A DNA stretch of 64,000 nucleotides from positions 1-64,000 of the IMG/VR virus record IMGVR_UViG_3300033146_001759; one strand, given 5' to 3'. The notes beneath the pieces were generated by a model. It saw only the letters and a program-made list of their open reading frames with translations. It was not told the DNA's origin and made no database searches. Position 1 is the first letter of the stretch, and each line of letters opens with the position of its first letter. This stretch comes from a virus. Position numbers and translations under genes: made by a program. Below are positions 1-10,921 of the stretch, one piece after another.

Positions 1-8
1 TTAAATGA

Positions 9-509
9 ATGGAAAATAAACACAAAAACAGAAAAAAGTATTTAAATATGGAAGATAAAGATCTAGTAGAATTATGTATAAATAAACCAAATATCGGTTA
101 TAATAAATTTTATAAAAAATATTATACTAACTTTTATAATTTTGCAAAAAAATATACAATAAATTCTCAAAATTTAGATGAAATCATATCTATTTCATTT
201 ATAAAAATATTTAAAAAAATACACACACTAAATGATCCAAAAAAATTAAAAAGTTGGTGCAAAATAATCATAAAAAATACATCATTAAATTTTATCCGTG
301 AAAATAAAAAACACGAACATTTAGAATTTTTAGATTATATGGATTTTAATGATGATGAAATTTATGTTGATGAATATAAAGGCATTTCAAACGAAAAATT
401 ACATAAATTAATAAATGAATTAGCCCCAAGATATAGAGAAGTTATGATAATGTATTATTTTAATGGATATTCACACCAAGAAATATCAGATATTTGTCAA
501 TTATCATAA
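9..509 (+). CDS. ECF-type sigma-70 factor, C-terminally truncated
   Basis: Region 2 (FIKIFKKI...SWCKIIIKNTSLNFIR) and region 4 start (LINELAPRYREV..MYYFNGYSHQEISD); stops before the recognition helix. Confidence 0.75.
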   Translation: MENKHKNRKKYLNMEDKDLVELCINKPNIGYNKFYKKYYTNFYNFAKKYTINSQNLDEIISISFIKIFKKIHTLNDPKKLKSWCKIIIKNTSLNFIRENKKHEHLEFLDYMDFNDDEIYVDEYKGISNEKLHKLINELAPRYREVMIMYYFNGYSHQEISDICQLS

Positions 510-1136
510 TACCTCTTTATTTAATATCATTCTAACTGTGGATTCAACACTACCCCCATGATAACTATCTAGTACACCCACAACATCTATAATATCTACA
601 CTAAACATATTACCTAGTGCAGCAATCATATCAGTTTTAATTTTGGTTTTATCTGATAAATAAAAATTCATTTTTTTTAAATTCATATCAAACACATCTT
701 CATCAACACCATACTCAATAAACCCCTTTTTTACAACACTTGTATCTATAAATCTAAATCGTTTACCTTTTGCATATATAATTAATACATCATTAGTATT
801 CATATCAAAATCATATACTTTTTCTTTCGAATTTTGATAATCAAATGCTCTATTTGAATCAGCATATGTATTTGCTACATTATATTTATCTGTTAAAAAT
901 AATGGTTTAGGATAAACATATGTAGTTTTAAAATTAGATACATCATTTAATAATTTGAAATATTCATCACTCAATCTTTCACTTTTTGATAATTCATCCA
1001 TATGATTATAATAACCATCAACATCTTTTAATATTTCAACAGATGTTTTTTCACCCCCATAATTAAATGAGTTTGCTTCTGGTGTTCCATGATACCATTT
1101 TTTTTCACTAATATAATATTTAAAATTCTTTATCAT
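504..1136 (-). CDS. ADP-ribosyltransferase-like putative internal head protein
   Basis: N-terminal MIKNFKYYISE; WYHGT and LFLT..VA..YA motifs; TAATATATA upstream. Confidence 0.45.
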   Translation of the reverse strand: MIKNFKYYISEKKWYHGTPEANSFNYGGEKTSVEILKDVDGYYNHMDELSKSERLSDEYFKLLNDVSNFKTTYVYPKPLFLTDKYNVANTYADSNRAFDYQNSKEKVYDFDMNTNDVLIIYAKGKRFRFIDTSVVKKGFIEYGVDEDVFDMNLKKMNFYLSDKTKIKTDMIAALGNMFSVDIIDVVGVLDSYHGGSVESTVRMILNKEVL

Positions 1137-1157
1137 ATACTATATATTAAAAATTAA

Positions 1158-2336
1158 TTATAATAAATCTTTTAAATATTGATTAAATACAATATTAACT
1201 TCTTCTTTATATTTCATGGGGAAACATATAGAATCATGTATTGTAAATAATTTGATTTTTGGAAATTCTTTTTTTATTGTTGTTACAACTTTATTATAAA
1301 TAAAATCAGATTCTATTTTTTGTAATTTATGGGATAATGATTTATAATCATCGTGTAAATATTTATATTCTTTTATATATGAATATACTGTTGGATATAC
1401 TTTTTTAAACAATATATTTTCTAATTTTTTATCAATATTTTTTCCGAATAATACCTTATACATCATCACCTTCGCATCATTCCTAGTAGATAATATTTTA
1501 GGATATTTTTCTAATAATTGTTCATATATTAACCCATTTTTCACAACATCAAGAAATTCAATAATATCATCAGTATAATCTTCTTCATTAATTTCATTTT
1601 TTAAATATACAGCAAAAAAATATGGTTGAGAATTAGGTAAATCTATTTCTCCAATTTCATCACCATTAATCGACAAAAAATTATTTCTAATATGCTTTTT
1701 TAATACCGTATAATTTGTATGTAATCTACCATATGAATCAAACTTAAAAAATATATGACCAGTATTAATACCATCTATTGATGCTAAATTTTTAAAATAT
1801 TTTTTTAGTTCTATGGTTTTATTTTTTTTCTCACCTTTTAACCACACTAATGATAAATCATAATCTATATTAACATAATATAAATCATCGATCAAAATTT
1901 TTCTTAATTTCATACTTATTGGTGAATCTTGCATTGCTGTAAATGACCTAATAAGATATTCTTTTTTATGCTTTTTTAATAATATTTTATCTGTTATTTT
2001 GGTTCTCATTACATCCAATCCAGTAATATTCATTTTATATGTTTTTGCTTTCTTACCAACATAATAAGACGATACTAAATACATAAAATCATAATCCAAT
2101 AAATACGAAATATAATAATTATAATATTTACCATATTTTTTTTTCAATATCACCGACCACAAATTATGTTCCACATCATCCAATAAAAAATATTTTAATA
2201 TTAATTCATGCATTATATTAATCAAATATGCTGTTTTTATAGTTATTCCCTTATATTGAATTTTTTCTATATTCGTTAAATATTCGTATTCTTTTGGTAT
2301 AAATTGATATAAATACCCCTTGTCTGTTCTACACAA
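1158..2336 (-). CDS. PolA/T7-RNAP-superfamily-like palm protein, function unknown (start uncertain)
   Basis: GRLHT, EIDLPNSQP (motif A), AKVMMYKVLFG (motif B), LQKIES, TIHDS (motif C). Confidence 0.55.
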   Translation of the reverse strand: MCRTDKGYLYQFIPKEYEYLTNIEKIQYKGITIKTAYLINIMHELILKYFLLDDVEHNLWSVILKKKYGKYYNYYISYLLDYDFMYLVSSYYVGKKAKTYKMNITGLDVMRTKITDKILLKKHKKEYLIRSFTAMQDSPISMKLRKILIDDLYYVNIDYDLSLVWLKGEKKNKTIELKKYFKNLASIDGINTGHIFFKFDSYGRLHTNYTVLKKHIRNNFLSINGDEIGEIDLPNSQPYFFAVYLKNEINEEDYTDDIIEFLDVVKNGLIYEQLLEKYPKILSTRNDAKVMMYKVLFGKNIDKKLENILFKKVYPTVYSYIKEYKYLHDDYKSLSHKLQKIESDFIYNKVVTTIKKEFPKIKLFTIHDSICFPMKYKEEVNIVFNQYLKDLL

Positions 2337-2388
2337 ATTTTATTGATTATTTTTTCTTTTATATTTTTATAATATTTTAAGAAAAAGT

Positions 2389-2748
2389 TTACAAAAAATC
2401 TTTATAAATCTCAATTATTTTTGAAATTATCACTTTTTTATTATCAACCCAATATTTAAAGAGTATTTTCCTATTAGATATATCCATAACCATATAATTA
2501 ATTGCATTTTCTTTACTCATTTTAAATACATCAAACAAAACACCATTTAATATATCTTTATATATTTCATCATCTATTATATCAAACGGAAAAATATATT
2601 TTATATTTTCACTATATGTTTCATTAAAATATCTATCATAATTAAATATTTTATTATTTAATGTAGATTTATATACAACAATAGATAACTGTTGTATTAC
2701 ATCAAATAATTTTGTTTCAATATAAAATATTATTTTTTGTTTACTCAT
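2389..2748 (-). CDS. hypothetical protein
   Basis: 119-aa ORF directly downstream of gp15-like gene. Confidence 0.6.
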   Translation of the reverse strand: MSKQKIIFYIETKLFDVIQQLSIVVYKSTLNNKIFNYDRYFNETYSENIKYIFPFDIIDDEIYKDILNGVLFDVFKMSKENAINYMVMDISNRKILFKYWVDNKKVIISKIIEIYKDFL

Positions 2749-2750
2749 TA

Positions 2751-3722
2751 TTATTTCTTTTTGCTTTTACCTGGCTCAATTCCATCAAAATCTTCTTTAT
2801 CCCAATGCTCTGGTTTCCAATCTGGATTATTATCCTTATATTTATATTTATCCATTTCTCTATATAAATTATACCAATATACTTTTCTTATTTCAGTTTT
2901 CCCCTCTATTGTTTTATTATTTTCATCCTTTACATCACCACCAACATAAGCAGTTTGACCAAATCCCTCATTATACCTCTTTAAACTATCCTTAAAATCT
3001 AATGTTGGTCTTGGAACACCAATCTTATCCCAATCAAAATCTCCATCATTATCACACACAATCAAATCATCTGAATCAATCATAAATATTGGGAAATTTG
3101 TTTTTATTTCTAATGTAAATGTCATCTTTCTTTTTCTATCAGATTGCATATCAACATCTCTTATAAACTCAAACCCTTTATCATCTGGTAAAATAAACTG
3201 TGCATCTATTTTTATACCATAATAATCAAAATTAAAAAATTGATAATTAAAAAATGTATTCATTAATTTTTGAGTTACTTTATCTATTTCATTAGCAGTA
3301 GCTAATTGTATAGTAACGTCATATGTCAATGTAATAGGAACAGCTTTTACTTTACTAATTATTTTCTTAATAACTCCATTTATCGTCTCTTTCTGTGCTA
3401 AATATTGATTAGGGTTTGAAAATTCTTCTGAATTTGAACTAATAGAATTTAGTGTTATATGACCACGTTGATATTGATCAGTATTCATAGATACCCTTTT
3501 ATCTACAATATCATCAATAAACGCATCAAAAACAAATCTTTCATCTCCGGTTAATGATGTATAAAATGGTAAGAAAACTCTTTTATATCCAGTCTCATTA
3601 TCATTTTCTGGGGTATATTTATTAATCCATCTTACTCGTTTACTTAATGTGTTTGCCAATGATACTGTAACCATTCTAAAAAATTGATCATCAAAATCAT
3701 AAACGTGTCCTATTTCTTTCAT
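2751..3722 (-). CDS. tail terminator / sheath stabilizer (T4 gp15-like)
   Basis: FFRMVTV, GDERF, AVPITLTYDV..QL, TFTLEIKT pattern; late promoter upstream. Confidence 0.55.
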   Translation of the reverse strand: MKEIGHVYDFDDQFFRMVTVSLANTLSKRVRWINKYTPENDNETGYKRVFLPFYTSLTGDERFVFDAFIDDIVDKRVSMNTDQYQRGHITLNSISSNSEEFSNPNQYLAQKETINGVIKKIISKVKAVPITLTYDVTIQLATANEIDKVTQKLMNTFFNYQFFNFDYYGIKIDAQFILPDDKGFEFIRDVDMQSDRKRKMTFTLEIKTNFPIFMIDSDDLIVCDNDGDFDWDKIGVPRPTLDFKDSLKRYNEGFGQTAYVGGDVKDENNKTIEGKTEIRKVYWYNLYREMDKYKYKDNNPDWKPEHWDKEDFDGIEPGKSKKK

Positions 3723-3767
3723 TATATAATATTATTTTTATTATATATAAAAATCAACATAACTCAA

Positions 3768-4598
3768 TTAAATTTTTTTCTTCTTTATTGTATTATTAGA
3801 TGTATCATATAAATAAAAGTTAATATCATATAGATCTATTATTTCATTGAAATATTTTTCTATACTATTAATATTACCAATATCATCATCACTAAAACCT
3901 AATTTAACTTTCATATTAACTCTTTGTCCAAATTTATTTATTTTTTTAGAAAATTCATTAATTGCATATTTTTTACCAAGTTCTGGATTCTTAATATTTA
4001 TATCCATATCATATTTTTTCATAAACTCAGGCGAAGTTACACCAAAAAAATCACAACTATCTAAATATTTATCTATCAACAAATCATCATTATTTATGTT
4101 TTCATTAAATAATTTTTTAAACCACATTAAATTTTCCAACATTAAATAGTGTTGTTCTGGTGTTAAATATTCATAAATTATTGTTTCTACCCCTCTTCTT
4201 AATATATCCACAGAGGATGCTCTAGCAGTAATAATAGCAAATAATTCACCTTTAACTAGTGTATCAATAAACATATCAAATGATGGACCAAACAATTCTT
4301 CTTTTAAAGAATCTCTAATATTTTTTATAAAATATTCATCATCTCTAAATTCAATAAATGATTCTTCTGGATCACCATTAACATATTTATATTCACCTAT
4401 TTGTGGTGTATCTTTTATATCATTTCTAATTTCAGCAAACTTAGAAGTTGAAATAGCAATTCTATCATAACCACCTATTGTTTTTTTATCTAAATGTATT
4501 TTTGTTGGCATAAATAATATATTATCATCCCAATCATACGCATAAAAATGTAACTCATTTTTTATACCAATATCATTAAATGTTTTATATTTTTTCAT
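3768..4598 (-). CDS. HAD-superfamily phosphatase-like protein with CTS-like N-terminus
   Basis: YAYDWDDNIL (DxD), IITAR, GK, GFSDDD motifs I-IV; starts MKKYKTFND. Confidence 0.6.
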   Translation of the reverse strand: MKKYKTFNDIGIKNELHFYAYDWDDNILFMPTKIHLDKKTIGGYDRIAISTSKFAEIRNDIKDTPQIGEYKYVNGDPEESFIEFRDDEYFIKNIRDSLKEELFGPSFDMFIDTLVKGELFAIITARASSVDILRRGVETIIYEYLTPEQHYLMLENLMWFKKLFNENINNDDLLIDKYLDSCDFFGVTSPEFMKKYDMDINIKNPELGKKYAINEFSKKINKFGQRVNMKVKLGFSDDDIGNINSIEKYFNEIIDLYDINFYLYDTSNNTIKKKKI

Positions 4599-4690
4599 AT
4601 TACTTATATAATAATAATTACCAATTGTTGTTATTTTTTTATTATATACACATTATTATAAATTTTTCTTTTTTATATTAATATTTTATT

Positions 4691-4698
4691 TATCTTTG
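4691..4698 (+). promoter_or_regulatory. Bacteroidota primary-sigma -7 element (TATCTTTG), representative of ~14 copies
   Basis: TAnnTTTG on + at 4691, 9519, 12634, 17605, 25467, 40702 and on - at 9463, 39454, 42122, 44342, 46874, 52421, 53126, 59471, all intergenic. Confidence 0.8.
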
Positions 4699-4736
4699 CA
4701 AATGAATAATATAAAAATAATATAAAAATATACGTT

Positions 4737-5165
4737 ATGAAATATCTTGAAAAAACTATAACCTATCTGGTTAAAACAAAATTAATTAAAACAGATGCAA
4801 TAGAAAAAAGTGAAGACATTGAACATAATATCAATTCTGGATATTATAATCAAAAAAAATATGTTTATCTTAATTCTAAATCACTACTTGAAGAAATAGA
4901 AGAAATAGTAAACAATATCTCTATACCAAGAGAATACACAACTAACTTAACATCAGCAAAAAAAATATTAACAAGAAAATTAAATAAATATAATTATATT
5001 ACTCAAAATGATGATACTTGGTACACGGATTGGCAACACCTAAACAATGTTCCAGATGATGTTATGTCTAAAATTTCCAATATTATATATGATATGAGTA
5101 TTGATGAATACAACAAACCAAGTACTGCTGATGAACTACTAAGTCTATATCAATTAAATAGATAA
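4737..5165 (+). CDS. hypothetical early protein
   Basis: ORF 38 nt after TATCTTTG promoter. Confidence 0.6.
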   Translation: MKYLEKTITYLVKTKLIKTDAIEKSEDIEHNINSGYYNQKKYVYLNSKSLLEEIEEIVNNISIPREYTTNLTSAKKILTRKLNKYNYITQNDDTWYTDWQHLNNVPDDVMSKISNIIYDMSIDEYNKPSTADELLSLYQLNR

Positions 5166-5213
5166 TTATATAAACTATTTATAATATAATAACTAAAATA
5201 ATTTTTTAAAAAC

Positions 5214-6116
5214 ATGAAGAAATTAAACTACACAAAAACAGTAGAAAATATACAAAATATAATGAAAGATTACATCATCAAAGCAAATCTAAAATCTTTA
5301 GTTATAGGGATTTCTGGTGGGATAGATTCTGCATTAGTTGCTGTTTTAGTAAAACCAGTTTGTGATGAATTGGGAATCCCACTCATTGGTCGTTCAATCA
5401 CCATTGGTACAAATTCACCAGAAGAAATAGCAAGAGCAAAAGCTATTGGAGATTTATTTTGTACCAATTTTGCAGAAATTGAGTTAACAAAATATTATAA
5501 ACATATTGAGGATTTTGATGTGATGGAGAATGGTGATAGAGAGGACGAAAAATCACACAAGATTCGATTAGGAAATTTCAAAGCAAGAATGAGAATGATG
5601 TATCTATATAATATTGCATCTAATACAAAAGGTCTTGTATTATCAACTGATAATATGACTGAATTACTTCTTGGTTTTTGGACATTACATGGTGATGTTG
5701 GTGATTTTGGTTTAATTCAAGAATTATGGAAAACTGAAGTCTATGATTTATCTGAATGGTTATCAAAACAATTCAATGATACCGAAAAAGAAACAGCAAT
5801 AATGGACTGTGTTAATGGTGATGCAACAGATGGATTAGGTATAACATCAACAGACTTAGACCAAATATTACCAGATTGGAAAAATCGACACACAACTACT
5901 CGATCAGGGTATTCCGAAGTTGATGAGATTTTAATTAATTATTTTAATTTAGCAGAAACCTTAATCAACACTAACATGAGTGTAAATGAACACATTAAAG
6001 TGTCAAACGAAATATTAAATATTAGAGAACACGATGTTATTAAAAGACATTTCAACTCACAATTTAAACGAGAAAACCCATACAACATCAATAGAGATGA
6101 TTATGTTGTATATTAA
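5214..6116 (+). CDS. nadE: NH3-dependent NAD+ synthetase
   Basis: VIGISGGIDSA, GNFKARMRM..LY, TDN.TE..LGF.TLHGD, LWKTEVY. Confidence 0.92.
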   Translation: MKKLNYTKTVENIQNIMKDYIIKANLKSLVIGISGGIDSALVAVLVKPVCDELGIPLIGRSITIGTNSPEEIARAKAIGDLFCTNFAEIELTKYYKHIEDFDVMENGDREDEKSHKIRLGNFKARMRMMYLYNIASNTKGLVLSTDNMTELLLGFWTLHGDVGDFGLIQELWKTEVYDLSEWLSKQFNDTEKETAIMDCVNGDATDGLGITSTDLDQILPDWKNRHTTTRSGYSEVDEILINYFNLAETLINTNMSVNEHIKVSNEILNIREHDVIKRHFNSQFKRENPYNINRDDYVVY

Positions 6117-6135
6117 ATCATAAAAAATTAGAAAC

Positions 6136-6777
6136 ATGGTAAATATAGATTTCAATAAAACTATTAGTTTTGATGTAGATTCTCAAAATGGATTTACTCC
6201 AAATTGTCCAGGTGAACTACCAGTAAACGATGGTCACAATATCGTTGATGAATTAAACAACCAGGCAAAATTTGCTAAATATAGATTTATGAGCAAAGAT
6301 GCACACCCACAAAATGGATTATGGACATCAAATTCAAAAAATAAACAATTTTCTCCTGTCATTGATATTAAAGATGTAGATATACATTGGAATCAACATT
6401 GTGTTGTTGGTACATATGGTTTTGAATTAATCAATGGATTACCACACCCAAGTGAATATGATTATTTAGTATATAAGGGAGTTGAAAGAGATATGCACCC
6501 ATATAGTCCAATTTATCACAACTTGAAAAAAACCATATCCACTGGTGTTATTGAAATGGCAAAAGCATTAAAAGTAGAAACTTTTATTGTTGGTGGTTTA
6601 GCAACAGATTATTGTGTATCTGAAGCAGTATTAGATTTAAAAAAAGCTGGATTTAATGTTATATTAAATCTAGCAGCATCAAGAGGAATAAATAATGACT
6701 TATCTCATAATATCCAATTATTCCAAAATAATGATATAATAATAATAACCAACACAAATTCATTAAAATTAATTTAA
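6136..6777 (+). CDS. pncA: nicotinamidase (isochorismatase family)
   Basis: DVDSQNGF, DAHP, WNQHCV..T.G, KG, GLATDYCV. Confidence 0.9.
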   Translation: MVNIDFNKTISFDVDSQNGFTPNCPGELPVNDGHNIVDELNNQAKFAKYRFMSKDAHPQNGLWTSNSKNKQFSPVIDIKDVDIHWNQHCVVGTYGFELINGLPHPSEYDYLVYKGVERDMHPYSPIYHNLKKTISTGVIEMAKALKVETFIVGGLATDYCVSEAVLDLKKAGFNVILNLAASRGINNDLSHNIQLFQNNDIIIITNTNSLKLI

Positions 6778-6798
6778 AATAATACCCACCATAAAATT

Positions 6799-6830
6799 CA
6801 AAAAAGTATCAATTTATTGATACTTTTTTT
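6799..6830 (+). terminator. intrinsic terminator
   Basis: aaaaaagtatcaa-ttta-ttgatactttttt hairpin after pncA. Confidence 0.7.
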
Positions 6831-6888
6831 TTTATTTAAACATTTTTTATTTTTTCGCATATATTAATCAAATATAAAGAAGAAAAAT

Positions 6889-7347
6889 ATGATAACACTA
6901 AAATATTTTGCATATGGCAGTAATATGTCTAAAAGTAGAATGATTAAAAGAGGATTACCAATAAGCAATAGACAAACAGGAATATTAGAAGACTACAAAT
7001 TTATTATAAATAAAAAATCATATAAAAACCCAAACATTGGGTTTGCTAATATCATACCATCGAATAAAGATGTTGTGGAGGGAATATTATATGATGTAAC
7101 CGAAGAAGATATTAAAAAATTAGATAAATTTGAAGGATACCCAAAACATTACGATAAAAAAATATTAACAATAAAACTATCCACTGGCGATTTAACCCAT
7201 GCAATAGTTTATGTTGCAAAAGACGATTGGGTATCAGAAACTACACTAAATTCAACCATAGACTATAAAAATTTCATATTAGAAGGTGTAAATTTTTTAT
7301 CAGCAAAATACTTTTATTTTCTTAAAGAAAATATAAAAACTAATTAA
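6889..7347 (+). CDS. gamma-glutamylcyclotransferase family protein
   Basis: YFAYGSNM, VEGILY, LDKFEGYP..Y. Confidence 0.85.
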   Translation: MITLKYFAYGSNMSKSRMIKRGLPISNRQTGILEDYKFIINKKSYKNPNIGFANIIPSNKDVVEGILYDVTEEDIKKLDKFEGYPKHYDKKILTIKLSTGDLTHAIVYVAKDDWVSETTLNSTIDYKNFILEGVNFLSAKYFYFLKENIKTN

Positions 7348-7354
7348 AAAACAT

Positions 7355-8467
7355 ATGAAATTATATAGATTTAGCATAAATGTTAAAAACAAAACTAATT
7401 CACGACAAAAATTAAATGCAACAGTAACATATATTGTAGTAATAGATAATGAAAAATATTATTTGATACACGAAGATATGTACTTTAATTTTAGTTTAAA
7501 TATAATAAAAGATAAAAAAAGATACGGTAAAGCATATAAAAAATTATCATATTTCAAATTTAGGGAAAAAATCATCAAACTATTAAAAGACAATAAAACA
7601 CCATATACATACGACAATAGGAAAAATAAATTATATAAAATCCCAAAACACATTCAAAACATAATCAATCAAGAATTAAACTCAAACGTACACACTATAT
7701 CAGCACTCGAAGGATTTCTTAGAGGATCAAATATAACTGGTGCAGATTATGATATAAAACGAACAGCTATATTTATAACGAATAGTAATTATGAAAATTA
7801 TAGATTTACAAATTTATTTAAACATAAAATAAAAAAAATAAAAATAAACTATAAAGTTGATGACGTAATAGATATATCATTTGAAGAATTTTTAGAATTA
7901 ACAAACACCAAAGAATCATTTTTATTAATAAATAGAGATGTCGAAGACATTAAACAAAATAAACCAGCATCTAGTGAATGGTTAGAATTAGTAAACAATA
8001 GTAAATTAAAGAAAAAAATAGAAATAAAAAACAATTTATATTCTAACCGGAAATATAATAAAAGCGAAAGAACACAACTTAGACCAAATATTTTAAAATA
8101 TTCTAATCAATTAAATTATTGGGATATTCAAGAAAAACGATTAGAAGCAGCACATATAGTCGATGTTAGACACTTATCCATAGACAAAGATGGTAAATAC
8201 ACTTGTGAACTAATATCACACAACAATGGACTTTTATTACCACACGATGTTCATATAGATTTTGATAATTATATATTTGTAATAAATGAAAATGGAGATA
8301 TAATATATGACACAAATTCATCATACATAACACAAATAATTAAACAATTAGATGAAAATTACAATTTATTGAATATTGATTTTAAATCAATGATTAAAAA
8401 TCACAGTGGTATGAAAAAATATTTAAAAGAAAGAGTTAATATATATTATGATAAAAACAAAATATAA
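7355..8467 (+). CDS. HNH endonuclease domain protein
   Basis: C-terminal LEAAHIV...NNGLLL..DVH..FD. Confidence 0.75.
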   Translation: MKLYRFSINVKNKTNSRQKLNATVTYIVVIDNEKYYLIHEDMYFNFSLNIIKDKKRYGKAYKKLSYFKFREKIIKLLKDNKTPYTYDNRKNKLYKIPKHIQNIINQELNSNVHTISALEGFLRGSNITGADYDIKRTAIFITNSNYENYRFTNLFKHKIKKIKINYKVDDVIDISFEEFLELTNTKESFLLINRDVEDIKQNKPASSEWLELVNNSKLKKKIEIKNNLYSNRKYNKSERTQLRPNILKYSNQLNYWDIQEKRLEAAHIVDVRHLSIDKDGKYTCELISHNNGLLLPHDVHIDFDNYIFVINENGDIIYDTNSSYITQIIKQLDENYNLLNIDFKSMIKNHSGMKKYLKERVNIYYDKNKI

Positions 8468-8484
8468 TTTTTATATATACATTT

Positions 8485-8820
8485 ATGAAATATATTAAAA
8501 AAATATCAGAAGATAAAGTTTTTAAGTTCAATGATTATAATCCAACAAAATATAATGGGAATATAATAGTAACAAATATAATGGAGTGGTTAAGAGCACA
8601 CCTATTAGATAATGATAAAAACAAAGAAACAATTAATGTTCCACTTAATCAATTTTTAGCGGAAACACAAATTGATATTAATAAACTTAAAACATTTATT
8701 AATGAACAAAACAAAACAGATAAACTTGAATCATTTAAAATAAAAATAGAAAATAATTATATTATATTCTATGATTTCAAGAAAAACACACACGCATTAG
8801 AAGACATCAATACTATATAA
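8485..8820 (+). CDS. hypothetical protein with CTS-like N-terminus
   Basis: MKYIKKISE...VFKFNDY; TTTTATATATA upstream. Confidence 0.55.
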   Translation: MKYIKKISEDKVFKFNDYNPTKYNGNIIVTNIMEWLRAHLLDNDKNKETINVPLNQFLAETQIDINKLKTFINEQNKTDKLESFKIKIENNYIIFYDFKKNTHALEDINTI

Positions 8821-8832
8821 AAAACACACAAC

Positions 8833-9268
8833 ATGGATAAAATTTTTTATGATAATAAAACATACGATGCCAACATCACAAACTTAACCATACACGATAT
8901 TCAACATATAAGTGTAGTCCAATCAATAAATATTGAAATATATATGGATATTTTTAATTTATCCACCACATTAAATAACCCAAGTGAAATAAAGCTAAAC
9001 ACCATCAATAATATATTTGATCAAGAAACTCATATAAAAAACTTCAGTATATTAAAAGATGATGTTTTTTTTTTATATAGCAGAAGCATCAATACAACAC
9101 CACAATTGGATTTATGAAGATATAGGGGTAAAAATAATATGTTTTATTAAAGCATTTAAAATATTAAATTATAATAATTTAAAATATGAAATACCACAAA
9201 AAGAAATAGATATTTACAAACAATATATTAGAACTGAAAAACTGAAAACAATTTTAGAAATTCGCTAA
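8833..9268 (+). pseudogene. single gene apparently frameshifted at a T10 run; ends RTEKLKTIL
   Basis: ORFs 8833-9117 and 9059-9268 join if T10 (9065-9074) is T9. Confidence 0.5.
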
Positions 9269-9269
9269 A

Positions 9270-9455
9270 AAATAGAACTCTGCTTATCCATTTAAACTAT
9301 TTTTCAACTTTGCACATACTTAATTAGGCTACACCAACACTATTATTGATTGTTATGTATTTTAATCTAGTGTCTTTCCCATTATTATATATCTACTGCA
9401 TCTTCAACGATCAGAGTAATAAGTCAATAATCATCTACTCAGTATAGTTTTTAAT
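9270..9455 (-). ncRNA. candidate structured ncRNA, family unknown
   Basis: No ORF; own TACCTTTG promoter at 9463-9470 (-); stems GAGTA/TACTC, GACACTA/TAGTGTT, TATACT/AGTATG. Confidence 0.45.
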
Positions 9456-9555
9456 TATGTTACAAAGGTAATACTTTTTTTTATACAAAATATATTTATT
9501 TTATGTTTAATTTTTATTTATCTTTGTGGAATATTAATCAATAAAATATTTTGTT

Positions 9556-10227
<672 letters not shown>

Positions 10228-10262
10228 TTTAACATATACAATAACCATCTAAATAAAATAAA

Positions 10263-10616
10263 CTACACTAATTCCAGTTGATTAATGTAGTTTATTTTTT
10301 GTTGTATAAACTGTTTTCCTATCGTTCCATTCATTCTAATTGTATCTTGGTTATTAGAACACAATATTAATGTTGGTAAATTTTTAATAGAAAATAATTC
10401 TGCTAATTCATATTCTTCTTCAATATCAACCATATAAAAAATAATATCTTTATTTATTTTTTCTAACTCTATCAAATCTTGTTTTATTTTATCACATGGT
10501 TTACACCATGTTGCATAAAAATCAATTATACATGGTATATTTGATTTATATACACATTGATTATTTTCTGAGATTATAAAATTATTTAATAGCTCCTTTG
10601 TTGTTATTTTTACCAT
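10263..10616 (-). CDS. thioredoxin
   Basis: DFYATWCKPC, cis-Pro LPTL. Confidence 0.88.
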   Translation of the reverse strand: MVKITTKELLNNFIISENNQCVYKSNIPCIIDFYATWCKPCDKIKQDLIELEKINKDIIFYMVDIEEEYELAELFSIKNLPTLILCSNNQDTIRMNGTIGKQFIQQKINYINQLELV

Positions 10617-10921
10617 TGTTTATGAATTATTTTTTTGTTTTTTTATATATTTAATGAAAAAAATCAAAAAATAAATCTATTTTTTATACCCTGATTTATG
10701 GCTTATAATTGACGTATTATTTTAAGATATTTATTTTTTTTTCATAAAAATAATTAACTTGAATGTAATATTCCCAAGATATTATAAAAAAAAAAATATA
10801 AATTATAAAAACTTTTATAAAAAAATAAAATATAACCTATATTCATGAGATATATACCATTTATAGATTATAGTTTTAATATATAAATTATATTTAAGAA
10901 AAAAAAAACAATGTCAAAAAT

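Noticed and set aside
10620-10920. AT-rich 300-bp gap as replication origin
   Set aside because: No iterons; consistent with divergent promoters in an AT-rich genome
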